Sequence record: NC_048047.1
Direction: 5' to 3' (one strand)
Length of the DNA stretch: 64,000 nt
Shown here: piece after piece, positions 55,964 through 63,859 of the stretch
Position numbering within the stretch: position 1 is the stretch's first letter
Layout of the letters: each line of letters starts with the position of its first letter
Made by a program: the position numbers and the translations under genes
The notes under the pieces: generated by a model
Seen by the model: the letters and a program-made list of their open reading frames with translations, nothing else
Told to the model about the DNA's origin: nothing
The model's database searches: none

Positions 55964-56300
55964 GGGCAAGTCGCGCGTTCCCCAACGCCTGCTGATCGCC
56001 AGTCGGCCGACCCTGGTCGCCGGCCCCTCGCCAGCCACCCGCCGCCACTGGTGGGACCTTCTGGACAGCGCGGGCCACCCGCGCGACCTTGAGGCCCTGC
56101 TGGTCGTCACCATCGACCAAGACGCGGCCGAAACCGTCGTCGCGGTCCTGCCGCTCGCCGCCGCCGACTACAGCGAAGAAGCCGTCAAGGCTGACGCCCT
56201 GGTCGCCGCCCACACCCGCCCCCGCAGCCCTGGCAAGCGCGACGCGCTCAACGCCTATGTGCTGCATGTCAATGACCCCCATGCGGAGCATCAACCGTGA
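55950..56300 (+). CDS. cassette hypothetical protein
   Basis: overlap coupling. Confidence 0.6.
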   Translation: MTRTKGKSRVPQRLLIASRPTLVAGPSPATRRHWWDLLDSAGHPRDLEALLVVTIDQDAAETVVAVLPLAAADYSEEAVKADALVAAHTRPRSPGKRDALNAYVLHVNDPHAEHQP

Positions 56301-56755
56301 GCTATTCCGGCCCGATCACCATTTCGCAAGGCCTGCGCTGGCGCCTCGATAGCTACGGCAACGGCGCGGCCTATGCCTTCTATGACCTGTCGGCCGGCGC
56401 CAGCGTCTGGCTTGAAGGCGACGACGCCACCACGTTCCGCGACGACTACGACAACGCCGAAAAGCGCCGGCCGCAAGACGAGCCTGACGAGATTATGGGC
56501 CATCTGTGGCATGATCACGAATACGGCGCCGCCGCCAAGGTCCGGGCCGTCACCGTGCGCCGGATCATCCGCGAAGACACCGTGATCCTGTTGCGCCCCG
56601 GCGAGAGCGAGGCCGACGCCAAGGAACGGGCGATCTTCAATCAATCCTCGCTCAAGTGGGACACCTACGATTGCGAGTATAGCGCCGACGCCGCCGAGGA
56701 CGCCCCCGCCGAGGAATACGCCTATCTGCTGACCGGCCACCCCTGCGCCATCTAA
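56297..56755 (+). CDS. cassette acidic hypothetical protein
   Basis: GTGA coupling; YGNGAAY, VWLEGDDA. Confidence 0.7.
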   Translation: MSYSGPITISQGLRWRLDSYGNGAAYAFYDLSAGASVWLEGDDATTFRDDYDNAEKRRPQDEPDEIMGHLWHDHEYGAAAKVRAVTVRRIIREDTVILLRPGESEADAKERAIFNQSSLKWDTYDCEYSADAAEDAPAEEYAYLLTGHPCAI

Positions 56756-56898
56756 GCCAAGGCCCGCCCCTCCCTTCAGGCAAGGAAGGCGGCGGGCCTT
56801 GCCCTGGGCGATCGCGGTTAACCTTAACGTGCAAGAAATCTGTTGACACGCATTGAGGCCATATGCGAGAAAGGACCACCGCAACGGGAGAGACCCCC

Positions 56899-57207
56899 AT
56901 GACTGCCCAAGCCGTTCTGACCGCCCGCCTTGACCGCGCCGTCGCCGTGATCTCTGGCGACATCCCCAAGAGCCGGCGCAAGGTGCGCAAGGCCCGCCGC
57001 GCCTTCCAGCGCGCCCTGGAAGGGATGGACATCCCGACCTATGTGGCGTGGATCAACCACCCCGACTCGTTCATCGCCCTCACCGACGATGTCGAGCACT
57101 GGGCGCAAAGCGGGATCACCACCGCCGCCCAACTGGGCGCCTATCTCGACGGCTGCGCCCGCCATGAGGCCCGCAAGGACTTGATGAGCGGCTACCTCGA
57201 CGACTAG
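56899..57207 (+). CDS. cassette hypothetical protein
   Basis: promoter 56843. Confidence 0.7.
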   Translation: MTAQAVLTARLDRAVAVISGDIPKSRRKVRKARRAFQRALEGMDIPTYVAWINHPDSFIALTDDVEHWAQSGITTAAQLGAYLDGCARHEARKDLMSGYLDD

Positions 57208-57301
57208 GCGGCAAAAAGGCCCGTCCCCTGGTGGGGCGGGCCTTGTCCTGTCCGATCGGGATTAACCTTAACGCGAGATTAAGGTTAACGCAGCCTTAAG
57301 G

Positions 57302-57544
57302 TTAAGTGGCGTTCTTGCGCGTCGTGGCCTGGGGATTGGCCTTCAACCATGCGTCGGCTTCCGTCCGGGTCGAGAACGGCGCCCCGCCAATGCCCTGCGT
57401 CCCGTCGTCCCATTGGATGGTCCAACCCACGTTCTTGATTTCCCAATCTTCGGCCACGCCGTGGGGGATCGGGGCGTGTACGCCAATACGGGTAAACGGC
57501 GCCCGCTTCAGTTGACGGACACGCGCCGGGATCACTTGCGGCAT
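57302..57544 (-). CDS. inverted cassette hypothetical protein
   Basis: AGGA RBS on minus strand; own leftward promoter; WTIQWDDG...FSTRTEADAWL. Confidence 0.65.
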   Translation of the reverse strand: MPQVIPARVRQLKRAPFTRIGVHAPIPHGVAEDWEIKNVGWTIQWDDGTQGIGGAPFSTRTEADAWLKANPQATTRKNAT

Positions 57545-57597
57545 TTCAGGGATTTCCTATTGACAAAGGCCTTGCCCCATGGGCGGCCCGAAAGGCG

Positions 57598-57625
57598 ACT
57601 GTATCAAGCGGCGCCGCCGTGTCAA
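57598..57625 (-). promoter_or_regulatory. leftward promoter
   Basis: TTGACA-N16-TACAGT on the minus strand. Confidence 0.6.
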
Positions 57626-57725
57626 GAAACGCGACACAGACTGAGAAAGCGGTTGACACGCATCTAAGCCCTATGCGAGAAAGATCAGGCACGGCGCACC
57701 CCCGCGCCCCTGGGAGACACCCCGC

Positions 57726-58496
57726 ATGGACCTGACCACGTTTTCGGCCTCGGCTGAATTTGTTCTCTGCAACAAGCCGGTGAAGATCACCGTCAAGCCC
57801 GCCGGCCGACCGCTCTACCTGTCGTTTTCCATCGAACAGATCGGCATGATCGGCGGTAGCGACGAATTGATGAGCGAGGCCGAACAACACGACGTTGAGG
57901 ACTTGGTGACGGTCTTGACCATCGCCGACGTCCTGTCCCTCAAGCCCATCGAGACCTATAACGACGAAGACCGCGACGCCGTCGAGAGCGTGCGCTATGC
58001 GCTGATCATGCTCAACGGCGAGCGCTACGCTTCGGCCGTCGCGTTCGAGGATGTCGGCGAGGCCGATTTTTCCAATCGCGACGACACCATTGACACCCGC
58101 CAAATCGTCGAGCGGGTCGAGGTGCTTCGGAGCGCCCTGGAGACGGCCGGCGTCGAGACCGGCGACCTCGCCGCCCTGGAAGCCCTCGACGAAGAAGAGG
58201 CCGTGACGGACCAAGACCAGCGCGAGACCTTCAACGAGATTCGCGAGGAATATCTGATCCTGGCGCGCATGGTCGAGGAGGGCGCCAACTACGGCGAGGA
58301 TTGGACGTTCGGCGCCACCCTGGTCCGCGAATCCTACTTCACCGAGTTCGCGCAAGAAGAGTGCGAAAGCCTGGGCTACATCGCCAAGGACTTCCCGTCG
58401 TGGATTTCCATCGACTGGGAAAAGACCGCCAACACGATGAAATCCGACTATACCGAAATCGACTTTGACGGCGTGAGCTACTACGTTCGCGCCTAG
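57726..58496 (+). CDS. ArdA-like antirestriction (DNA-mimic) protein
   Basis: very acidic; C-terminal ESYFTEFAQEECESLGYI...PSWISIDWEKTA...DYTEIDFDG. Confidence 0.55.
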   Translation: MDLTTFSASAEFVLCNKPVKITVKPAGRPLYLSFSIEQIGMIGGSDELMSEAEQHDVEDLVTVLTIADVLSLKPIETYNDEDRDAVESVRYALIMLNGERYASAVAFEDVGEADFSNRDDTIDTRQIVERVEVLRSALETAGVETGDLAALEALDEEEAVTDQDQRETFNEIREEYLILARMVEEGANYGEDWTFGATLVRESYFTEFAQEECESLGYIAKDFPSWISIDWEKTANTMKSDYTEIDFDGVSYYVRA

Positions 58497-58559
58497 GTGA
58501 AGCTCCTCGAAGGCGGCGGCCTGCTCGCGCTCTGCTTCCTCTTCTGGTTGCTTCATTAA
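58497..58559 (+). CDS. 20-aa hydrophobic peptide (copy 2)
   Basis: GTG directly after the upstream TAG; terminator after. Confidence 0.75.
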   Translation: MKLLEGGGLLALCFLFWLLH

Positions 58560-58656
58560 CCCCGGCCGGCGTCCATGACCTGGGCGCCGGCCTTTTCTTT
58601 GCGCCGCGATCGGGGTTAACCTTAAGGCGGCGTTAAGGTTAACGGCGGGCCTGGGA

Positions 58657-58752
58657 GGAAAGGCGTCAAGGCCGCGAGCTAGGATTACACGCGATGGCTT
58701 AGCCGGCGTCCAGCCGGCGGCGCCTTCGACCACCGCGAGGCGGCCTTGACCC
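58657..58752 (-). ncRNA. candidate ~95-nt structured small RNA
   Basis: minus-strand TTGACA-N15-GCGAGAT promoter (58785-58758); 11-bp closing stem 58665-75/58740-50; nested stems; no evident ORF. Confidence 0.45.
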
Positions 58753-58871
58753 TCGTAATCTCGCCGACCCGTCGCCCGGTGTCAACCGTTTTCTTTCTCC
58801 AAGAATTCTGTTGACACGCATCGAAGCCCTATGCGAGAAAGGGTCATCTTCAACGCCTGGAAAGAAAATCC

Positions 58872-59528
58872 ATGCCCCGCACCGTCACCAAACAGGTCTT
58901 CACGTTCAAGGAGTTGAACGACAAGGCCAAGGCCAAGGCTATCGAGTGGTATCGCGGCCTCAACGACCAAGACTCCGGTTGGTGGGAGTTCGTCTATGAC
59001 GAAGCCGACCGCATCGCCGACGCCTTCGGGATCACCCTGCGCCGCAAGGAAGCCGGCAAGCCCAATAGCGGCCCGGACATCATGTTCACCGGCTTCTGGA
59101 GTCAAGGCGACGGCGCCTGTTTCCAAGGTCGCTACGAGTCGCCCCAAACCCCGGCCGTCGAAGCCTTCGCCGCCCTGGGAATCGAAGACGACACGCTCAA
59201 GGCTCTGGCCGCCCGTCTGGACGCTCTGAGCGCCAAGGTTCGCCTGATCACCACGGTCAAGCACTCTGGCCACTACTACCACGAGTATTGCACCGACTTC
59301 GAAACCGAACGCATGGTTCCCGACGAAGCCGGCGACGCCTTCGACCCTTACGACTTCGAGCACGAAGACGAAAAGGAACTGATCGACATTCTGCGCACCT
59401 TCATGAAGTGGATTTATCGCCAGCTTGAAGTCGTCGAGGAAGACCGCAATTCCGACGAAACGATCAGCGAATATCTGACCGACTCTGATTACGAGTTCGA
59501 GGCGGACGGCTCGCCGACCAACGACTAA
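58872..59528 (+). CDS. conserved acidic protein (FWSQGDG family)
   Basis: promoter 58811; VFTFKELNDKAKAKAIEWYR, FTGFWSQGDGACF. Confidence 0.75.
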   Translation: MPRTVTKQVFTFKELNDKAKAKAIEWYRGLNDQDSGWWEFVYDEADRIADAFGITLRRKEAGKPNSGPDIMFTGFWSQGDGACFQGRYESPQTPAVEAFAALGIEDDTLKALAARLDALSAKVRLITTVKHSGHYYHEYCTDFETERMVPDEAGDAFDPYDFEHEDEKELIDILRTFMKWIYRQLEVVEEDRNSDETISEYLTDSDYEFEADGSPTND

Positions 59529-59700
59529 GCCAAGCCCGCCGCGCCCGGCCTTTTCGCCGGGCGCGTGTCGGGTTTTGGTTTTCCAAGGTCTTGTTAAGGT
59601 TAACGAAAAAAGCCCTCCAGCGACCTGAGAAACTGCAAGAAAAATGTTGACTGCATCCAAGCCCTATGCGAGAAAGGCTCATCGCAACGGGAGACACCCC

Positions 59701-59988
59701 ATGACGACCCCGACCAAGAAGCGCCGCAAGCGCTACCCGCCCAAGAGCGACGCGGCTAAGGCTCGCGCCGCCGCCAAGAGCAAGGCGTTCTTCGCCAAGC
59801 ACGCGCTCAAGGCCACCGAGGCCACGATCGCCGCCATGAAGGCCGGCGACCAAAAGGCCGTCCAACGCCACGCCAAGGACGCCCGGCGCCTGAACCGCTG
59901 GATGATCCACAAGCGCGACATCGCCGCCGCCTTCGCGGCCCTTTTCGACCTGCGCGCCGCGCGCCTCGCCCTGGAGCTTGCCGCATGA
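59701..59988 (+). CDS. cassette basic protein
   Basis: promoter 59647; K/R/A-rich. Confidence 0.7.
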   Translation: MTTPTKKRRKRYPPKSDAAKARAAAKSKAFFAKHALKATEATIAAMKAGDQKAVQRHAKDARRLNRWMIHKRDIAAAFAALFDLRAARLALELAA

Positions 59989-60200
59989 CCCGTCGCCCTG
60001 CCTATCTGACCGTCCTGGGCGGTATCGGCCTCATCCTCGCCAGCCTCGCGCTTTCGGCCGCCAGCGCCCCGGAAAAGCGGGTTCTCGTGGGTCAATACTG
60101 CGACGGCGACCTTGTGCGCCTCTACGGCCTGGAAGACGGCGAGGAAGCGGCCGAGGCCTGCGCCATCGTCGAAGTCCACGCCCTGCCCAAGGGCCTTTGA
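59985..60200 (+). CDS. small exported or membrane protein
   Basis: ATGA coupling; signal-like N-terminus. Confidence 0.65.
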   Translation: MTRRPAYLTVLGGIGLILASLALSAASAPEKRVLVGQYCDGDLVRLYGLEDGEEAAEACAIVEVHALPKGL

Positions 60201-60202
60201 CC

Positions 60203-60541
60203 ATGGAACGCCTCAACGTTCACGTGCTGACCATCACCTATGACAGCGGCAACCCCGTCCCGCCGTTTGTCGCTCTGGCCATGTCCAAGGAGGAGCTTGA
60301 CGACAACCTGCAAGCCAAGGCGCGCGAGGAAGTCGAAAACCTCTATTTCGAGGAAGACGACCTCTTTGACGACCTCGCCAAGGTCCTGACCGCCGAACGC
60401 GTCGCCGAGCTTCAGCCCCTGGGCCTGGACGCCATCGGCCTCCTGACCCCGGTCGAAGTCGTCACCATGGCCAAGCAATTTGCGTCGATCACGCCAAGCT
60501 TTGACGTGCTTCCGCTCTACCTCGAATCGACCCCGACCTGA
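60203..60541 (+). CDS. cassette acidic hypothetical protein
   Basis: ORF in cassette. Confidence 0.7.
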   Translation: MERLNVHVLTITYDSGNPVPPFVALAMSKEELDDNLQAKAREEVENLYFEEDDLFDDLAKVLTAERVAELQPLGLDAIGLLTPVEVVTMAKQFASITPSFDVLPLYLESTPT

Positions 60542-60621
60542 CGCAAGAAAGCTGTTGACAGCATAATTCGCCTATGCGAGAAATGACTGTCAACGGCGAT
60601 TCCCGCCGCATGGAGACACCC

Positions 60622-60966
60622 ATGAAGCTGATCAAACACGACGTTCTCGACCACGGCCGCGCCTCGACCCTGCGCAACGCCCTGGGCACGGCCCTGGAAC
60701 GATACGCCGAAATCGCCAAGGACTTCGAAGGCTACGCCATCGAATACGCGGCCCTGGACGAGGCGGGCAAGCAAGCCTGGAAGGCCACCAATAGCTGGAT
60801 CAATCCGCGCGCCCTGCCGGACCTGAAAAAGCAATTCGAGCGCCAAGTCACCGAGGTGCAAGACCTCATCGACTGGCTGGACGGCGACAAATTCCAAGAC
60901 GAAAACGGTCAATACCCGGAAAACACCGAGTTCACCGTCGTCGCCGGCCTGATCCGCGACTTCTAA
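60622..60966 (+). CDS. cassette hypothetical protein
   Basis: promoter 60555, GGAGACACC RBS. Confidence 0.75.
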   Translation: MKLIKHDVLDHGRASTLRNALGTALERYAEIAKDFEGYAIEYAALDEAGKQAWKATNSWINPRALPDLKKQFERQVTEVQDLIDWLDGDKFQDENGQYPENTEFTVVAGLIRDF

Positions 60967-61161
60967 ACGCCCTGGCCAAGGCCCGCCCTCACGGCGGGCC
61001 TTTTCCTTGACCCCGCGCCGCTGTTAACCTTAACGTGCAAACGTTCGCCGATTAACCTTAACGAGACATGTCCGTTCCGTTAACCCTGTCGTGCAAAAAA
61101 GCTGTTGACTCGCATCCAAGCCCTATGCGAGAAAAGGCCATCAGCAACGGGAATGACCCCC

Positions 61162-61572
61162 ATGACCAAACCCGAAATGACCCCGGAAGAACGTCGAGCC
61201 CAGCTTGACGACATGCTCAAAATCTGGCGCGAGCGCGTCGAGACCGCCAAGCAACGCCTGTCGATCAACGTCCTGGTCGGCCGAGGCTTCCTCTGCGTCC
61301 TGGAGCGCGAGCCCAGCGGCATGGCCATCGGCCCGACCGAGGATGACAAGGGCTGGCGCCTTGTGGCCATGAACCCCTGGTTCACCGGCTGCGTCAAATG
61401 GGCCAAGGCCGACGCCGAACAAGTCGCCGCGCACTGGAACGCCAACCTCACCGGCGACGCGGCCCTCTACTGCGTGGTCAAGGTCATGCACTATCGCGCC
61501 GTCCTCGAAGAGATGGTCACCAAAGGCGAGGAGATGATCGCCTTCATGGAAGACCGCTATAAGGCCGCCTGA
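61162..61572 (+). CDS. cassette hypothetical protein
   Basis: promoter 61105; alternative start at 61153. Confidence 0.7.
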   Translation: MTKPEMTPEERRAQLDDMLKIWRERVETAKQRLSINVLVGRGFLCVLEREPSGMAIGPTEDDKGWRLVAMNPWFTGCVKWAKADAEQVAAHWNANLTGDAALYCVVKVMHYRAVLEEMVTKGEEMIAFMEDRYKAA

Positions 61573-61760
61573 TCTTGACGCCCTCCGGCTCCGGCCGGAG
61601 GGTTAATTTTTGGTCGACCCGGCGTCAAGGTTAACGCGCTCCAGCCTGGGGTTAACCTTAACCCGCAACCGTTTGCACGTTAACCATTTGGCGCAAGAAA
61701 CCTGTTGACACGCATTTCTGTCCTATGCGAAAAGAGGCCATCCAATCAACGGAGGCCCGC

Positions 61761-62417
61761 ATGGCCAGCCCTGAAGATATCGCCATCGTCCAAGCCGCGC
61801 CGGTCAGTTTCGACCTCGAAGCGTGGGAGGAAGAAAACGGCCAATATGCCCAAGACCACTGGCGCCACCTCAACTACGCCTTTGAGATCAAGGGCTATAA
61901 GCACATGTTCACGCAAGATCAGCGCGCCGCCGCCGATCGCCTGATCGCCGAATATGAGGAAGCCCAAGACGACCACCGCGAAACCTACCGCGCCGAAAGC
62001 GACGCCGTTTTCTGGGCGGCCGACGCCTTCGCTCGCCAGTACATCGGCACGGCGCTCTGGACGGGCGTTAGCTACCCCATGGGCGATGATCGCGGCGGAA
62101 GCGACAGCTACTATGACGGCGAATCGGCCTGGATCACGCCCAAGACCCTGCGCGAGATGATCGAAGATTGCGACGCCTTCCAGCGCGACAACGTCGCCGC
62201 CCTGGCCAAGGCCTATGCGTCTGACGTCTGGATCGAAGGCGAGCGCTACAACGCCAGCAACGCCGGTCACGATTTTTGGTTGACCCGCAACGGTCACGGC
62301 GTCGGCTTTTGGGATCGTGGCCTAGGCGAGGTCGGCGAGACCCTTTCCGAAGCCGCCCGCAAGGTCGGAGAATACAGCCTAGCCCTTGACGACAACGGCG
62401 AAATCAGCCGCATGTAA
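61761..62417 (+). CDS. conserved phage protein (GHDFWLTRNGHG family)
   Basis: promoter 61705; AGHDFWLTRNGHGVGFWDR. Confidence 0.8.
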   Translation: MASPEDIAIVQAAPVSFDLEAWEEENGQYAQDHWRHLNYAFEIKGYKHMFTQDQRAAADRLIAEYEEAQDDHRETYRAESDAVFWAADAFARQYIGTALWTGVSYPMGDDRGGSDSYYDGESAWITPKTLREMIEDCDAFQRDNVAALAKAYASDVWIEGERYNASNAGHDFWLTRNGHGVGFWDRGLGEVGETLSEAARKVGEYSLALDDNGEISRM

Positions 62418-62579
62418 CCCCGGCAAAGGCCCGCTTGACAGCGGGCCTTTTTCGTGCCTGCGCCTGGGGTTAACCTTAACGCCACCCCGCTCCGCCTTAA
62501 CGCTCTTTTCTGCAAGAAAACAGTTGACTCGCATCCGCGCCCCATGCGAGAAAAGGTCATCAACCACGGAGCGCGGCAC

Positions 62580-62954
62580 ATGGCCAAGCAAGAACAACTT
62601 GAAATCGCCCTGGTCCTGCTGGACGAGCACAAGGCCAAGATCGGCGCCCCTCGCGCCTTCACCTACGGCGAAGTCATCGAGGCGTACCGCGACGCGGGCG
62701 CCCTGATCAGCGCCGAGGTCCGCTTGCAGCGGATCGCCGAAAACGAGTGCAACGGCTACCGCGACGAGACGGCCGAAAAGCTCGATGAGCGCCGCCGTCA
62801 GACCCTCGAAGCCAAGGCCGGCGAAATCGCCAAGCGCTACGGCGTGGCCCTGACGTTCGGCGGCGACCCGCGCGGATCGGCCCTCAAGATCAAGACCCCG
62901 CACACGGGCCGTTACAACGGCTTTGGCGGGCGTGAGGATGGATGGGCCGTCTAG
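62580..62954 (+). CDS. conserved phage protein (GDPRG family)
   Basis: promoter 62524; LQRIAENECNG, FGGDPRG. Confidence 0.75.
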   Translation: MAKQEQLEIALVLLDEHKAKIGAPRAFTYGEVIEAYRDAGALISAEVRLQRIAENECNGYRDETAEKLDERRRQTLEAKAGEIAKRYGVALTFGGDPRGSALKIKTPHTGRYNGFGGREDGWAV

Positions 62955-63021
62955 GCCCATTCTGACCCCTTCCACCCCTGTAGCGCGTCCCCTCTCAACC
63001 CCTGGCCCTAGGAGACACCCC

Positions 63022-63192
63022 ATGGCCCGCACGACCATCCACACCCGCACCGACAAGGCCAATCGCGAGGCGCTGACCCCGTGGGAATATGAGCGCCAGC
63101 ACCGCGCCGACAAGAAAGCCGCCAAGTCCTGGCGCACCGATCGCCAAGGCCGCCGCGCCCTGGCCTCTTCGGACGCCTTCAAGGCCCACTAA
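63022..63192 (+). CDS. small basic protein
   Basis: AGGAGACACC RBS. Confidence 0.65.
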   Translation: MARTTIHTRTDKANREALTPWEYERQHRADKKAAKSWRTDRQGRRALASSDAFKAH

Positions 63193-63286
63193 ATCGGCCT
63201 CGAAAAAAGTTCGGCTCGATGCGAGAAACCTGTTGACTCGCATCGAGCCCCTATGCCATAAAGGGTCATCAAACGGAGACACCGAC

Positions 63287-63451
63287 ATGACCCACTTCCA
63301 ACGCGCCACCGAAGACCAAGTCACCGTCGCCCACCACACCGTTTCGGGCGGTGAACTGACCGTCACCACCCGCCCCCTGGCCCGCCCGGTCTACCGCCTG
63401 AACGGCTTCAAGATCAGCGCCGCCGACGCCGCCCGCAAGCTGGCCGCCTAA
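63287..63451 (+). CDS. cassette small protein
   Basis: promoter 63233, terminator after. Confidence 0.65.
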   Translation: MTHFQRATEDQVTVAHHTVSGGELTVTTRPLARPVYRLNGFKISAADAARKLAA

Positions 63452-63685
63452 GACCCCTCCCCTAGAAGGCCCCCTCCCTGGAGCGGGGCCTTTTTCGTGG
63501 CCGTTAGGCAGGCGTTAGGGTTAACCGGTAGGGTGAATTCGTTAACCTTAATGGGGCGTTAAGGTTAACCCAGCCAGCCCAGGCTGTTAACCATGTAGGC
63601 GAAGAAAGTGCGATCTCGTGTAAGAAAGCTGTTGACTGCATAAGAGCCATATGCGACAAAGGGTCATCAGCAACGGAGCTACCCG

Positions 63686-63856
63686 ATGTCCTTCCGCCTT
63701 TCCCTCACTGACGAAGCCCGTTTCACCGCCGCGCGCGGCGCCGTTCGCACCGTCCGGGAACAGGCCCGCCCTGAGCCGGCCAAGGACGGTTCGGGCAAGT
63801 ACGTCCTGGCCTCGCAAGACGCCCTGTCGCGCATCCGCGCCGTGCTGGGCAACTAA
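63686..63856 (+). CDS. cassette small protein (56 aa)
   Basis: promoter 63632, GGAG RBS; translated by hand. Confidence 0.65.
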   Translation: MSFRLSLTDEARFTAARGAVRTVREQARPEPAKDGSGKYVLASQDALSRIRAVLGN

Positions 63857-63859
63857 GCC

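Larger units (their letters stand above)
46692..63497 (+). terminator. family of intrinsic terminators, mostly AAGGCCC..GGGCCTT(TT)
   Basis: hairpins at about 46692, 48181, 50515, 52624, 55253, 56759, 57215, 58563, 60978, 62426, 63466 directly after cassette stop codons; several have U-runs. Confidence 0.8.
46735..63570. repeat. dispersed GTTAACCTTAA-N7-TTAAGGTTAAC palindromes at cassette junctions
   Basis: inner TTAA-N7-TTAA at 46743, 48230, 48899, 50574, 55300, 57268, 57285, 58622, 63548; half or partial sites at about 45281, 46080, 52671, 56817, 59595, 61024, 61051, 61651, 62469. Confidence 0.9.
44603..63660 (+). promoter_or_regulatory. family of 23 near-identical promoters TTGAC(A/T)-[C]GCAT-N9-ATGCGAGAA
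   Basis: -35 at 44603, 45316, 46115, 46809, 47893, 48276, 48964, 50096, 50628, 52127, 52724, 54916, 55389, 56843, 57653, 58811, 59647, 60555, 61105, 61705, 62524, 63233, 63632; most followed by a GGAGACACC-type RBS and ATG. Confidence 0.9.

Noticed and set aside
57546-58733. 395-aa minus-strand ORF as product of the leftward 58785 promoter
   Set aside because: Antisense to the ArdA-like gene and runs through a palindrome and terminator; no RBS; the predicted RNA stem closes near 58660.
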